A stretch of DNA of 63,925 nucleotides, the filler included, from Octopus bimaculoides (Eukaryota), in assembly GCF_001194135.2 (NCBI RefSeq). It is 7 parts of 6 records of this genome, joined end to end, with 100 filler letters (N's around TTAATTAATTAA, not from the genome) between each part and the next. Parts side by side here need not be neighbours in the genome. Positions count along the whole stretch, not along the records: positions 19,884 to 43,778 come from NC_068997.1; positions 43,879 to 50,643 come from NC_069002.1; positions 50,744 to 58,310 come from NC_068981.1; 4 more parts are not named here. One strand, written 5' to 3'. Positions within the stretch are counted from its first letter, which is position 1, and every line of letters begins with the position of its first letter. The position numbers and the translations under genes are program-made. The notes beneath the pieces are model-generated. The model saw nothing but the letters and a program-made list of their open reading frames with translations, did not search any database and had not been told where the DNA came from. Shown piece by piece: positions 41,811-53,664 of this stretch.

Positions 41811-42043
41811 GGATAAAACTAAATAAGCTGCTTAGAGATGTATAATAAGTTCACCGAAATATTTCTATTCCTCATAATATAGTATGATTTACGTACCTTA
41901 GATATCTCTTACATTTATTAGTTCTTATCATTTAGACTTCAATAAAAATTAAAATTTTATTCTTCCACTAAATAGCATACTACAGATTAGTTTCCCGATT
42001 CTTATACATATTTCGTCATTTCATCCATTATAATACGTACTTT

Positions 42044-42158
42044 TCTCTTCTCCTTGTGACGCCATATTGTCACGTGATTTATATATTTTAAATTCTATAT
42101 AGTAAGTTTGATATTTGAGTTCACGGAGTGACGTCAAATTGTCACGTGACACACTTCG
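42044..42158 (+). repeat. Dispersed repeat of about 115 bp with two CACGTG boxes; second copy at 10187-10298 (-)
   Basis: Pairwise similarity of roughly 75-80% by eye. Confidence 0.75.
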
Positions 42159-43262
42159 TATAAATTCCATGCATTAAGGTTAATACTACAGTTAACAAGG
42201 AATCTTCGATAAGATAAGTGATGCCGTTTATTTTATTAATACTGGTAAACGTTCGAATTCATTTATTAGTTAATAACACTATCTTTTTATATGTATTCCT
42301 ATTCTTAATCTACAGTAAGCATTCCTTTATTAGAGGAATTAGGCCTTTAACTTGAATGATTATTATTTTAACCTTGACATTTTATGTATTGTACTAATAA
42401 GAGCTTTCCTACTTGTACAGATATTTCTGCTTTATTCCTATTTTATTTTATTTGTATTATTTAAATAGTAGGATACGTTATTTGAATTTATAAAGACATG
42501 AAGAGTGACTTCATTCTGAATAGAATTTATCTTGATCGATTTATTAAGGACATAACAGCAAAAATTACCCCTCCCCAAATGCCAGTAGGATTCCAAATAC
42601 CCACTACTAGAAGGACCCTATCTTCTCCATAAACGAAAAAATAACGGAGTATCTCATCGCAGTTTAAAAAGTCTACACATTATTATCTCAACAATTCTTC
42701 AAGAAATAATTTCTACATAGACCCCTCCGCCACATACAGAACTGACACGCTCGTACTCCACAGATTTAGCATATAAGCAAATATATATATATATATATAT
42801 ACATATATGTCTGAACATTGTGATAAAAATACAGTGAGAAGAACCGTTGCACCGGTACTCCTTTCCAAACGCAACTAAAAACGTTTGTACCAGGGATCAT
42901 GTATGTATGGCTGTATTTATATATACATATGTGTATGTATGTATTATGTGTGGGTGGGTATATATATGTGTCTGTCCTCCTCATATAAAGTAACAGTGAC
43001 GTTTGACTCTTTTGGTATGCATGTACAGCCATCTATGTATGTACATCTGAACACACATAAAGGTATTCATGTGTTTGTTTTTGTATTCATGTATATCTGT
43101 ATATGGTAATGTATACATGCATATGCATGTATATATGAGTTTTTATGACTCTTTATATGGTTTTTATATGCTTTTTGTATGTGTTTTATATGCTTTTATA
43201 TTTTTATATTTTTATCTTTATTTGTATTTGAATTTTGCAAAATTCATGAATTGAATTTTGTA

Positions 43263-43396
43263 AATCTCTGAAGAGGCCTAGTGAATCAAGCATGTACCCC
43301 CATTGCATCCTTCTCATCTACCAATCACTCCAGCGTACTGGAGCTATATAGATAGAATGGGGCATGCCAACGCTAGGCCGAAACAGCTGTAAGATT
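43263..43396 (+). ncRNA. Type I hammerhead ribozyme with intact core and extended stem II
   Basis: AATCT/AGATT stem I, CTGAAGA (43268-74), GGCCTAG/CTAGGCC stem II, GAAA (43380-83), AC-AGCT-GT stem III, predicted cleavage after GUA at 43391. Confidence 0.8.
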
Positions 43397-44307
43397 ATGT
43401 CCCTTCTTCGGTTGCTAGATGTCCTTTTAAATTTGAATTTTTAATTGTTGATATGACATAGTATGTCATATGTGTCTGTATATTGTCTTTATTGTCCTTT
43501 CGGTTGTAAAATAAACGGATTAATCAACTGAGTACAGTGTTTGCAAGTTGATGAGTACCCCATATTCCCCTCCATTTTCTTATTGCTATATAAATTTAGG
43601 GTTTTAAAAAAACCCTTTTACCTGCACCCGCTTATTGCACTTGGTAAAACACTAGTGTAACAATAACTGGGTACCCTCCCAGCAGTATATTGGATAGATA
43701 TTATTCCTTAGTGGGTTGGATTCTCAACCCCTAACTCTCTTGGATTATATATATATAGAAATATATATATATATATATNNNNNNNNNNNNNNNNNNNNNN
43801 NNNNNNNNNNNNNNNNNNNNNNTTAATTAATTAANNNNNNNNNNNNNNNNNNNNNNNNNNNNNNNNNNNNNNNNNNNNACCACCACCACCACCACCACCA
43901 CCACCACCACCACCGTACACACACATACACGCATGGAACCCCATTCCATCTACACTAAACCGTCCGTCTCCTCCTCCTCCTTTTTCGTCTCCTTTTTCTT
44001 CCTCCTTTACTATATTATGTTCAATTTTTTGTTGTTTGTTGTTTGTACCCATCATAGGACCCCATTACATAAATAAACTCTGACGTGACACGAAATGTGG
44101 TGAGTAACAAAACCCCTGCTGTATATTACACTGGTCCTTATGCTTTCTTTTCATACTACCACCCTCATTACCTCTTCCTTCCCCCTCTCTCTCCTCCTCT
44201 CTCTATTTCGCTCTTTCCCTCCTTAGCTTCCATTTTTATTGTTGTTCTTCTTCTTGTTGCCTGTTAATGACACTGTCTCCTCTCTTATCAGCATTCCTAT
44301 TGTTACT

Positions 44308-44670
44308 GCGGATTGGCAAAATCGTTAGAGCATCGGACATAATGCCTTGTGCTATAACTTCCGGTTCTTTTCCTTCTTAAGTTCAAATATAGGTAACATA
44401 ACGTAAATAGTCAACCCCCACCCCCCAACGGTAGAGAAACTGCAATACCAGTCATGTACTGAGATCGAAGTAATTGGCAACCCACCACCGCCAAATCTCT
44501 GGCCTTATGTCTATGGGAAAAAACAGCTACAATTCAGCTGAATTGCGAGAACGACGGACAAAATGCCAGACAGCATTTCTTCCGGCTTTTTCTGTTAAGT
44601 TTAAATTTTCGCCGGGGACAACTTCGCTTTTCTTCCTTTCGGGGGTCAATAAAATAAAATAATAGTCAAA
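44308..44670 (+). mobile_element. Degenerate family B SINE fragments
   Basis: TTGGCAAAATCGTTAG..AAGTTCAAAT and ..TTTCGGGGGTCAATAAAATAA. Confidence 0.55.
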
Positions 44671-45104
44671 GGGTCATTGTTATCAAGTTGCATCTGAGCC
44701 CTAAAACTGCTGGTTTTCTACCAACATTTAGCATTATCATTGTGCTGTCTCCGAGTGAGTTTATTGAAAGGTGGGTGAAAGTGCCGAAAATGGCAAAAGT
44801 GGATGGTACCTCTCTAATTGTAGACCTGTGAGTCGGAGGGAAGAAATTGGAGAGTGCACTTGCTCCTGGGGTTTCAGGGATATCTCAGACAGTGGGGTTC
44901 CTCGATTATCCCTAGAGGCCTTCCAGTATCAGGAGGGCCACATCTCTATCATCCTTCCCGCCACTTTTTTTCCAAGCCCTTGTATGCTATGCATATGTCC
45001 CGTCTTTTTCAGTGTATACTGTGTATAGTTACTTCTTTCTTTCTTTCATTTATTTTTATCATTTCATTATATGTAAACCCCTACACATTATGTCTGTCTT
45101 TGTA

Positions 45105-45310
<206 letters not shown>

Positions 45311-45314
45311 GCAG

Positions 45315-45478
45315 TTGCTAGTGGAAATCAGAGCTTTATCTCATTCGCTGTTGCTCGACATGATGTCTCAGCGCGTAACGCACAAACAAGCTTCTCTCCT
45401 GTTGACCTCAAACTTAAAATGGACACCACCAGGAGCTCAAATCGTATTCTTTGCCGAACAATGACACCCATAACCTGT
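45315..45478 (+). CDS. Candidate internal exon of an unknown gene
   Basis: ttgcag| acceptor and |gtaaga donor; one frame open throughout (ASGNQSFISFAVARHDVS..RILCRTMTPITC); no homology recognised. Confidence 0.22.
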
Positions 45479-46338
45479 GTAAGATATTATATATTTTGTT
45501 TATCTTAATAACATTAAAGTTTTCCAACACAGCTTGTTTTTTTCCCTTTTATTTATTTTGTTGTTTTATACACTTGGTGACCATCAAGCGAGCATTTAAA
45601 TTAATGGAGGTAATCATATCTTCATAATAATTAATGGAATTAGAAGTTTGAATTCGAAATTAAGAGATAAGGAAAAAGATACATAGAACACACATATCTG
45701 ATATTTTTTGACATCATTTATATTTAACGAAGTTCTTAAAATTTCTCGCCAGCGGTAATTATGTATAGCACTATTTCATTCGTTTTAGAAGTCATCAGCA
45801 TGACATGATCGGTGCTATATTAATTGAAGATTTTTATGGAGCGAAGTCATGCTAACCTGGTATTCCACCCCCGACTCAAAGCATCGATGTTTCGTCTACC
45901 CGTCGATGTCTTTCCAACTGTCCTATCGTCCGTCCGTTAGCGGTTACCGTCGTACCGAAATTGCGGTACAAGTGAATCTCGAACCGAAAACCAAAGTAGT
46001 TACCAAACGTACATCATAACCAACCTTAACCACAAAGCTATAACCTGCTCCCATGTAGTTGTTATCATTGTTATCAATATGATAAACACGGAAATCAATT
46101 TCGTTCCATTAATTGTATATATTTCATGCGGTAACATCAGACAATTGGTTACATTATCAACTATTTTATTAACAGGTCAAATTAGACTCTCTGTACATAA
46201 TCTAAATTACCCTTCTCTTTGCACTCCCCCCCCCGCCGTCCGTCAGCATCTCCCCTTCTCTTTTAGCTTTCTCTTTGTATCCTCCGATGTCCAGATCGCG
46301 TATTTACTATCCAATGTATGTGCGTATGCATGGACAAT

Positions 46339-46375
<37 letters not shown>

Positions 46376-46521
46376 TCACACATACACACTCACACACACA
46401 CACTCACACTTGCATATGAGTACCTATCTGGAGTGTGTGTGTGTGTGTGTGTGTTTCTGTACACGTAGTGGTAGACCACAGTAAGAAATTGGTATATTGT
46501 AATACGTTGAAAATTACATCA

Positions 46522-46559
<38 letters not shown>

Positions 46560-47249
46560 CCTCTCTGCTTGTCTGTCAATCTCTTTCTCCCTTCGCCGTC
46601 TCTTTCTCTCTATGTATATCTAAAATATATGTATGTAACACACACACACAATATATATATATATATATANNNNNNNNNNNNNNNNNNNNNNNNNNNNNNN
46701 NNNNNNNNNNNNNNNNNNNNNNNNNNNNNNNNNNNNNNNNNNNNNNNNNNNNNNNNNNNNNNNNNNNNNNNNNNNNNNNNNNNNNNNNNNNNNNNNNNNN
46801 NNNNNNNNNNNNNNNNNNNNNNNNNNNNNNNNNNNNNNNNNNNNNNNNNNNNNNNNNNNNNNNNNNNNNNNNNNNNNNNNNNNNNNNNNNNNNNNNNNNN
46901 NNNNNNNNNNNNNNNNNNNNNNNNNNNNNNNNNNNNNNNNNNNNNNNNNNNNNNNNNNNNNNNNNNNNNNNNNNNNNNNNNNNNNNNNNNNNNNNNNNNN
47001 NNNNNNNNNNNNNNNNNNNNNNNNNNNNNNNNNNNNNNNNNNNNNNNNNNNNNNNNNNNNNNNNNNNNNNNNNNNNNNNNNNNNNNNNNNNNNNNNNNNN
47101 NNNNNNNNNNNNNNNNNNNNNNNNNNNNNNNNNNNNNNNNNNNNNNNNNNNNNNNNNNNNNNNNNNNNNNNNNNNNNNNNNNNNNNNNNNNNNNNNNNNN
47201 NNNNNNNNNNNNNNNNNNNNNNNNNNNNNNNNNNNNTTTACCAATATCT

Positions 47250-47453
47250 TTCCACCTCTCCCTGTATTACTCGCCAAACCCCTGCTTCTCTCACTCTCCC
47301 ACCCATGACCTTCCTCTCTCTCTCTCCCTCTCTCCCAATCTCTGTTTCTCTCTTTCTCCCTCTGCTTCTCTCTCTCCCCCTTCCTCTTTTATAATATCTC
47401 TTCTCATTCTCCAACATTGAAAAGATATAAATCTATCTATCTATCGTCTTTCG

Positions 47454-47509
<56 letters not shown>

Positions 47510-48020
47510 ATGTGTCTGTCTGTCTGTCTATCTATCTATTATCTTTCGTTCTTTCTTTCTGTCTTTGTTTCTTTTATTCATTCTCTTTTTCTTCCTAGCT
47601 TTTCTTTCATTCTCCCTATTTTCTTTCTCTCTTCTTTCTTTGTTTCTTTCTTTTTCTTTCTCTCCGCCACTCTTTCCGTCTTTTTTTCTTTCTTTCTTTC
47701 TTCCTTGCTCTCTCTCTCTCTCTCTCTTTCTCTTGTCTCTTTCTGTCTATTTCTTTCTATCTTATGTCCTCTTTCCTTCTACCTTTTTTTCTCTCTCTCT
47801 TTCTATCTTTTCTTCTCTGCCTCTTCTCATCGAACATATTCCTCTCTCTCTCGCTCTCTCTCTCTCTCTTTCTCTTTCTCTTTCTCTTCCTATTCCTCCG
47901 TCACCCATGCACTAATCCCTACCACCTGATACATCACCCCGTCTCCACCCCAGATTTCTTCCATCCCGCTCTTCACACCGTCTCATATCTCTCGCATCTC
48001 TCTTACATATCTCTCTCTTA

Positions 48021-48058
<38 letters not shown>

Positions 48059-48536
48059 ACATCTCCCTCTCACACCTCTGTCTTTCTCGCAACTCTTTTT
48101 CTCTCATGCCTCTGTCTTACATCTCTCCTCTTTCTCTCTGTGTCTCTCTACTCTCTCCTCTACTCTCTCTCTACTCTCTACCAACTCCTCCTCTCTCTCT
48201 CTTTACTCTCACTCTCTCTGACACATCTCTATCTCTGTTTCACATCTCTCTCTCACGTACATCGCTCTCTACTCTCTTTCACCCATCTTTCTCTCTCTCT
48301 CTAATCTCTCTACTCTCTCTACTCTCGCTCTCTCTCTCTCTCTCTCTCTACTCTCTCCCTCTACTCTGCCTCTCTCTCTAATTTGTCTCTCTCTCTCTAC
48401 TCTGTCTCTCTCTCTACTTTCACTCTTTATCTTTCAATCTCTCATATTTCTGTCACTCATATCTTTCTCTCCCCTCCACCCTGCCCCCATCTCCTACCAA
48501 TCTCCGCATCTCTCTCTCACACCTCTCTCTATCTCA

Positions 48537-48582
<46 letters not shown>

Positions 48583-48660
48583 CCATCTCACAATCTCCGA
48601 TCTTCCTCTCCCTCACATCTTCATCTCCCCTCAACTCATAACACCCACCCACTCTCTCAC
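47250..48660. repeat. About 1.4-kb CT-rich low-complexity (polypyrimidine) tract
   Basis: Direct read. Confidence 0.9.
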
Positions 48661-48723
48661 ACCAATCTCCGCCATTACAGCAAGGATGGTCAATGCAATG
48701 CCTGCTAGGTAGAACCGAACCAT
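48661..48723 (-). CDS. Candidate first coding exon, signal peptide or TM-like: MVRFYLAGIALTILAVMAEIG
   Basis: ggcATGG start, in-frame upstream TGA, R n-region plus a 15-aa hydrophobic stretch, |GTGAGA donor at 48660, candidate upstream acceptors. Confidence 0.35.
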
Positions 48724-49361
48724 GCCTACGTCCACCTCATCATCTTTAGCAATGTGAATGAGACACAATAATCAGCTTAATACAGCAGTATGACCCAAAA
48801 CTGAGATAAGGCCACGTAGCAAAATGAAGCAGTTAATGTTATTAGATCTTCTTGTAAGTGAATTTGATAAGATTACTTATAATTGAAAAATTCCACACCG
48901 CACCCACTCCCATACTCACGTCCCTCCGCATCGCCGCCATCTTTCTTTCGCTCCCTCGGTCGGTCGACATCATCGCTATCAAAATTACCAGCAACGCCGT
49001 TTTCTTCGTCATCAGCGTCGTCGTCAGCGTCAGCGTCGTCGTCAGCGTCAGCGTCGTCGTCATCACCATCATCATCATCGTTGTCATCACCATGATACAT
49101 CATCGTTACAGNNNNNNNNNNNNNNNNNNNNNNNNNNNNNNNNNNNNNNNNNNNNNNNNNNNNNNNNNNNNNNNNNNNNNNNNNNNNNNNNNNNNNNNNN
49201 NNNNNNNNNNNNNNNNNNNNNNNNNNNNNNNNNNNNNNNNNNNNNNNNNNNTCATCATTGTAATCATCGTCGTCGTCGTCATCGTCGTCATCATCGTCAT
49301 CATGTTCTTGGCCACCATCATAATTAGAACCATCACCACCACCACCACCACCACCACCACC

Positions 49362-49825
49362 AAAACGACAATGACGGACTGGGGGTCACTTCAAACAACT
49401 AAAACCCTTTAAGTCGCTGCTCCAGTCTGGTCGCAGTTCAATGAGTGAAACAAACAAAAACAAAGAGATAAAACGACAAGGACAGATTGTGGTCGCTTTA
49501 TTCGGTTAAAACCCTTCAAGATGCTGTTCCAGTATGGCCGCAGTTCAATGACTGAAACAAACAAAAAAACCTTCCAAGCGCTACTCCAGTATGGCCGTAG
49601 TCCAATGACCGAGAAAGAAAACGACAAGGACGGATTAGGGTCGCTTTATTCGGCTAACACCCTCCAAGGCGCTACTCCCGTATGGCCGCAGTCCAATGAT
49701 TGAAACAAACAAACAAACAAACAAACAAAGAGATAAGACGACAAAGACGGATTGAGGTCGCTTTATTCGGCTAAAACCTTCAAGGCGCTGCTCCAGAATG
49801 GACGCAGTCCAATGATTGAACAAGC
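49362..49825 (+). repeat. Tandem array (4 units plus 1 partial, about 90-120 bp) derived from the SINE A 3' end
   Basis: Repeated AAAACGACAAGGACGGATT.GGGTCGCTTTATTCGGCTAAAACCTTCAAGGCGCTGCTCCAG..ATGGCCGCAGTCCAATGA.TGAAAC. Confidence 0.85.
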
Positions 49826-50176
49826 AAAACAAAAAATAACAAAAATCAAAAACATACTATCATTTCCAATTGCCAAATTTGCTACTTCAGACTAGAATCG
49901 GCGGTTATATCTGTTATTATTTGTTGTTGTTCGTTGCTGCTGCTGCTTTTGTTGTATTTGATACCCGTATTACGACAGTAGAAAGCTGAAATATGTTTGC
50001 ACCATATCACATGTATTAGAAAATGCTTCTCAAGCGAGGCATGAGGTGTGAAATTTATAACACAAGAAGAAATGAAAGAACTTATAATATTGGAATGTTC
50101 ATACATTTCCCAAAAAAACAATTAGTCTTCTGACTAATGAGAAGCCGATTGGGTTCACCGAGGAACTTAATGCAGC

Positions 50177-50196
50177 AAGATGGCGTCCGCCATCTT
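50177..50196. promoter_or_regulatory. Palindromic double YY1-like motif AAGATGGCG-TC-CGCCATCTT, with an inverted CCAAT box at 50147-50152
   Basis: Motifs read directly; function is inferred. Confidence 0.35.
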
Positions 50197-50379
50197 AATA
50201 AAAATAATTTCTCTTTTTTTTCGGCAGAAGATCGTACTTAGCGGGGCGTCATATTCTAGACTGAACAAACCACGATTAGTGTTGTTGATGATGCTGGTTT
50301 TGCTGTTGTTGTCTAGGTCCATGCCAGCTAAAAGGCATTCCAGTCGTGGCCATTCCGTCTTTTGTTTTTTAATTTTTGT

Positions 50380-50605
50380 TTTTATTTGTTACATTCATTA
50401 GACTGTAACCATGCCGGAGCACTACGTTGCAGGACTTTTAGTCGAATGAATCCACCCCGATATTTATATTGTCTCAGCCTCTTACTGTATCCCTCTCTTT
50501 TGCCGAACTGCTAAGTACCGGGGACGTAAACACACCAATACCGGTTATGAAGCTATAGTGGGGGGCAAATAGATACACAAAGACATGTACACACATACAT
50601 ACAGA

Positions 50606-50643
<38 letters not shown>

Positions 50644-51010
50644 NNNNNNNNNNNNNNNNNNNNNNNNNNNNNNNNNNNNNNNNNNNNTTAATTAATTAAN
50701 NNNNNNNNNNNNNNNNNNNNNNNNNNNNNNNNNNNNNNNNNNNATATATATATATATATATATAGGCGCTGTTTGTATGCATACAGGAGCACTTAGTCGT
50801 TTACAAGGACGAGGGACCCACCTGATATGATTAACGGAACAGCTTGCTCGTGAATTTGAGATTATTATAAAGCTGGCCCTTTGAAATACAGGTACTATTC
50901 ATTTTTTCCACCTGGGCGGACTGGAGCAACCTGAAATAAAGTCGCCGGGAATTGAACTCACGCCCTTACGATCGTGAGCCGAATACTCTAACTACTAAGC
51001 CACATGTCTT
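50380..51010 (-). mobile_element. SINE A 3' half (50380-50590) and family C-related SINE (50775-51010)
   Basis: Similarity to other copies in the window. Confidence 0.7.
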
Positions 51011-51186
51011 CGCAATGCATATATGTATGCATATGTACGTATATGTATGTAGGTGGGGAAGTTGGTAGGGAGGTAGGGAGGTAGGTAGGTAGGTACGTAT
51101 GTATGTATATACATACATACATATATATATATNNNNNNNNNNNNNNNNNNNNNNNNNNNNNATATATATCTGTCTGTTCGCACGGA

Positions 51187-51218
<32 letters not shown>

Positions 51219-52119
51219 CGCATGTATGTATGTATGTATGTTTGTATGTATGTATGTGTGTATGCACGCATGTATGTATTTATGTAATATGTATATATGT
51301 GGGACAATATTATGAAAACAATGTACACAACAAGACAGATGTCACCTTCGGCGGGGAGATATGTATTCAGAGATTTAAATTTGATTAACATTTACATAGA
51401 AGGGAATGATTTTTCAAATTTTAAATTCTACTCTTTCATAACAAGAAAGATATTAGACAAATAAATATATATATATAAAGGACGAAAGTGATTCAGAAAA
51501 TACCCACACATACTCACACTTGACACACACACACATATTCTTATCATGGCATTGTCGGAACATTTCTAATAATGTAATGTGAGAACATTTCGTAAACAAA
51601 CTTGCAAGTGCAGAATAGATTGGTGTTCTACAGAAAATAAAGGTATTCTCTGACGCACATGGCTTGTGACAACAGTTCAAAAATCAGAAAATATGTTGGA
51701 GGAAAGAGAAAATACATCGGTCGCGAGTGTAATGTTCTAGTGAGAAGGCGGTTCTTTTCCTGTAGTTAGAAATTATTGTTGTTAATATTATTGTGATTAA
51801 TGTTAAGACGGTGAAATGGTCATGAGGTTCTGCCGTATTTCGTTTGTCTTTTCCTTCTGAGTTCTTGTTTCACCGCGGTCAACCTTGCCTGTGATGGTTC
51901 GGTGTTAATAAAATAAGCACCAGTTGAACACTGAAGTCAATGTAATCAACCTGTCTCCTCCTAGGAACCTTTTGACTCTGCCTGCCGTGGCTGACTTGAT
52001 TACTAATGTTGATAGGCGGCGAAATTGCAAAATCTTTCGAACACAGAGCAAAATGCTTTCGGAATAATAGACACATCAACAAATACAAAAACCACACCAT
52101 ACTCTGCTATAACGTGATC

Positions 52120-52700
52120 CACGAATCGAATGTTTCTCCGGAGTTCGCTAGAGAGTTATTTGCAGTGTTGGACAGGTGATTGCTGAAATCATAAATACCA
52201 CTCCATATTTAACAGGCATAACGTGAAGGTGTCATACGCAACGTTCTCTAATTTGGAGCAACATATACAACGAATCTACAACAGGTAACTAAACAAGGGC
52301 TCGAACAATGTAAATATTTTTTTTTTGTTTAGACATGGGGTTGATGTAATTCCCGTAGGTGTGTGTTCTAACTGTTTGGGTATGGTTGTTGGTGGTGTGT
52401 GGTCATTTATGTGTATGTTGTTTTAGTGTATGAATTTAATCCGCTATCAGTATCCGGCCAAAGCTAGAGCCTCATTGTAATAGGGTGCATGTAGATCGAA
52501 TAGTTCCTCGTTGACAGACAATCTGGAAACCTTACTCTGAATATTACGTATAAAGCCCCGTATAATGGAGGGTGGATTGTTAGACATGGCGTTAATGTAT
52601 TTTTAAATTTTTTTTATCAACCACTTCCTGACCACATGTATAACCCCACCAATTTTACATTAGATTCTTTGTATTTTGTGCTATCAACTACTTTCTGATC
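52120..52700. mobile_element. Two Penelope-like fragments in opposite orientation: 52120-52300 (+) and 52320-52700 (-)
   Basis: Plus strand: HKYHSIFNRHNVKVSY. Minus strand: YINAMSNNPPSIIRG..KVSRLSVNEELF..APYYNEALALAGY. Confidence 0.85.
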
Positions 52701-53162
52701 ACTACTTTCCCCACTTCAACAAAGTGTGTGAACTATTTGCAACACACCAACAGAATCTTACCAGGAGCCAAAACGAAATCTAAATCATATAATTTTGAAG
52801 CATGTTACGTCTCCTGATGAGGTTTTCTTCACTGTGCGAAGCACGCGATATTATTTCATCGTTCTACACCCACTAGGCAGCAGTGCAGAACGGAGCCGAA
52901 AAGTTTGCTATACTAAATAAAACTTCTAGTAACACTCTGTCTCTCGTAGCAATAATTTAAAATATACCCAATGTACACCTTGGAATTCTGAAGGAGATCT
53001 AGCGACGACAGCGCAGTAACGCAGATGACGCCTGATATCAATAAGTGGTGAATGTCCTCTGCAGGCAGGCAACCTGGGACTTACCTGAAACAAAATTTAG
53101 ATACTGCATTTTAATGTTTCCTTTCTAAACTTTAATCTGTAATTTTAAATTTTACTTATATA

Positions 53163-53660
53163 TACGTGGTCTGATCAATAATTATCCGGACTGTTGCCAT
53201 AGTAACAAAGCTAAAGCACACAGAGTGCAGGTGCTCTAAATGTTAGCGTTCTAGCATACCCCTTATGTTTACAGCAGTTCTTGGAAGGAAGGTGTTGTCA
53301 TGTTGGCCATGACAAAGCTAAGCACTGAATCTGCGTCACCTTTACCAAAAAGCTTAGCGGATCTGCGCAGAGGCCTACACAAATTTTTGAAAAAAGTTTT
53401 CATCGTTCTCGACACAATCAAGGCGATATCCTTTAACTGAAACCCGAGTGTCTTATTGGCCAGTTGGAAGAAGTTTTGGCTCAAACATGGCAGATACGCG
53501 TCTCTTACCCAAACCGTCAGTGATAATGGACTGAACTAAAACGCAACTAACCTGCACATCCTCTGATAACTCACCGATAGTGATTCGACGATATCCCCTC
53601 ACAACTGCATGCATATCAGTGATTTTGTTTTTCAGTTCTGCTGGTTTCGGGTCTCCCAGA
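53163..53660 (-). mobile_element. Mariner (Tc1/mariner) transposase fragment with one TIR
   Basis: Minus frame RRITIGELSED..SCVLVQSIITDGLGKRRVSAMFEPKLL (HTH region); TA-CGTGGTCTGATCAATAA terminal sequence at 53163. Confidence 0.85.
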
Positions 53661-53664
53661 TCGT

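Noticed and set aside
49362-49825. Repeat-spacer appearance suggesting a CRISPR array
   Set aside because: Eukaryotic context, whole units are homologous with no unique spacers, and they derive from a SINE tail.
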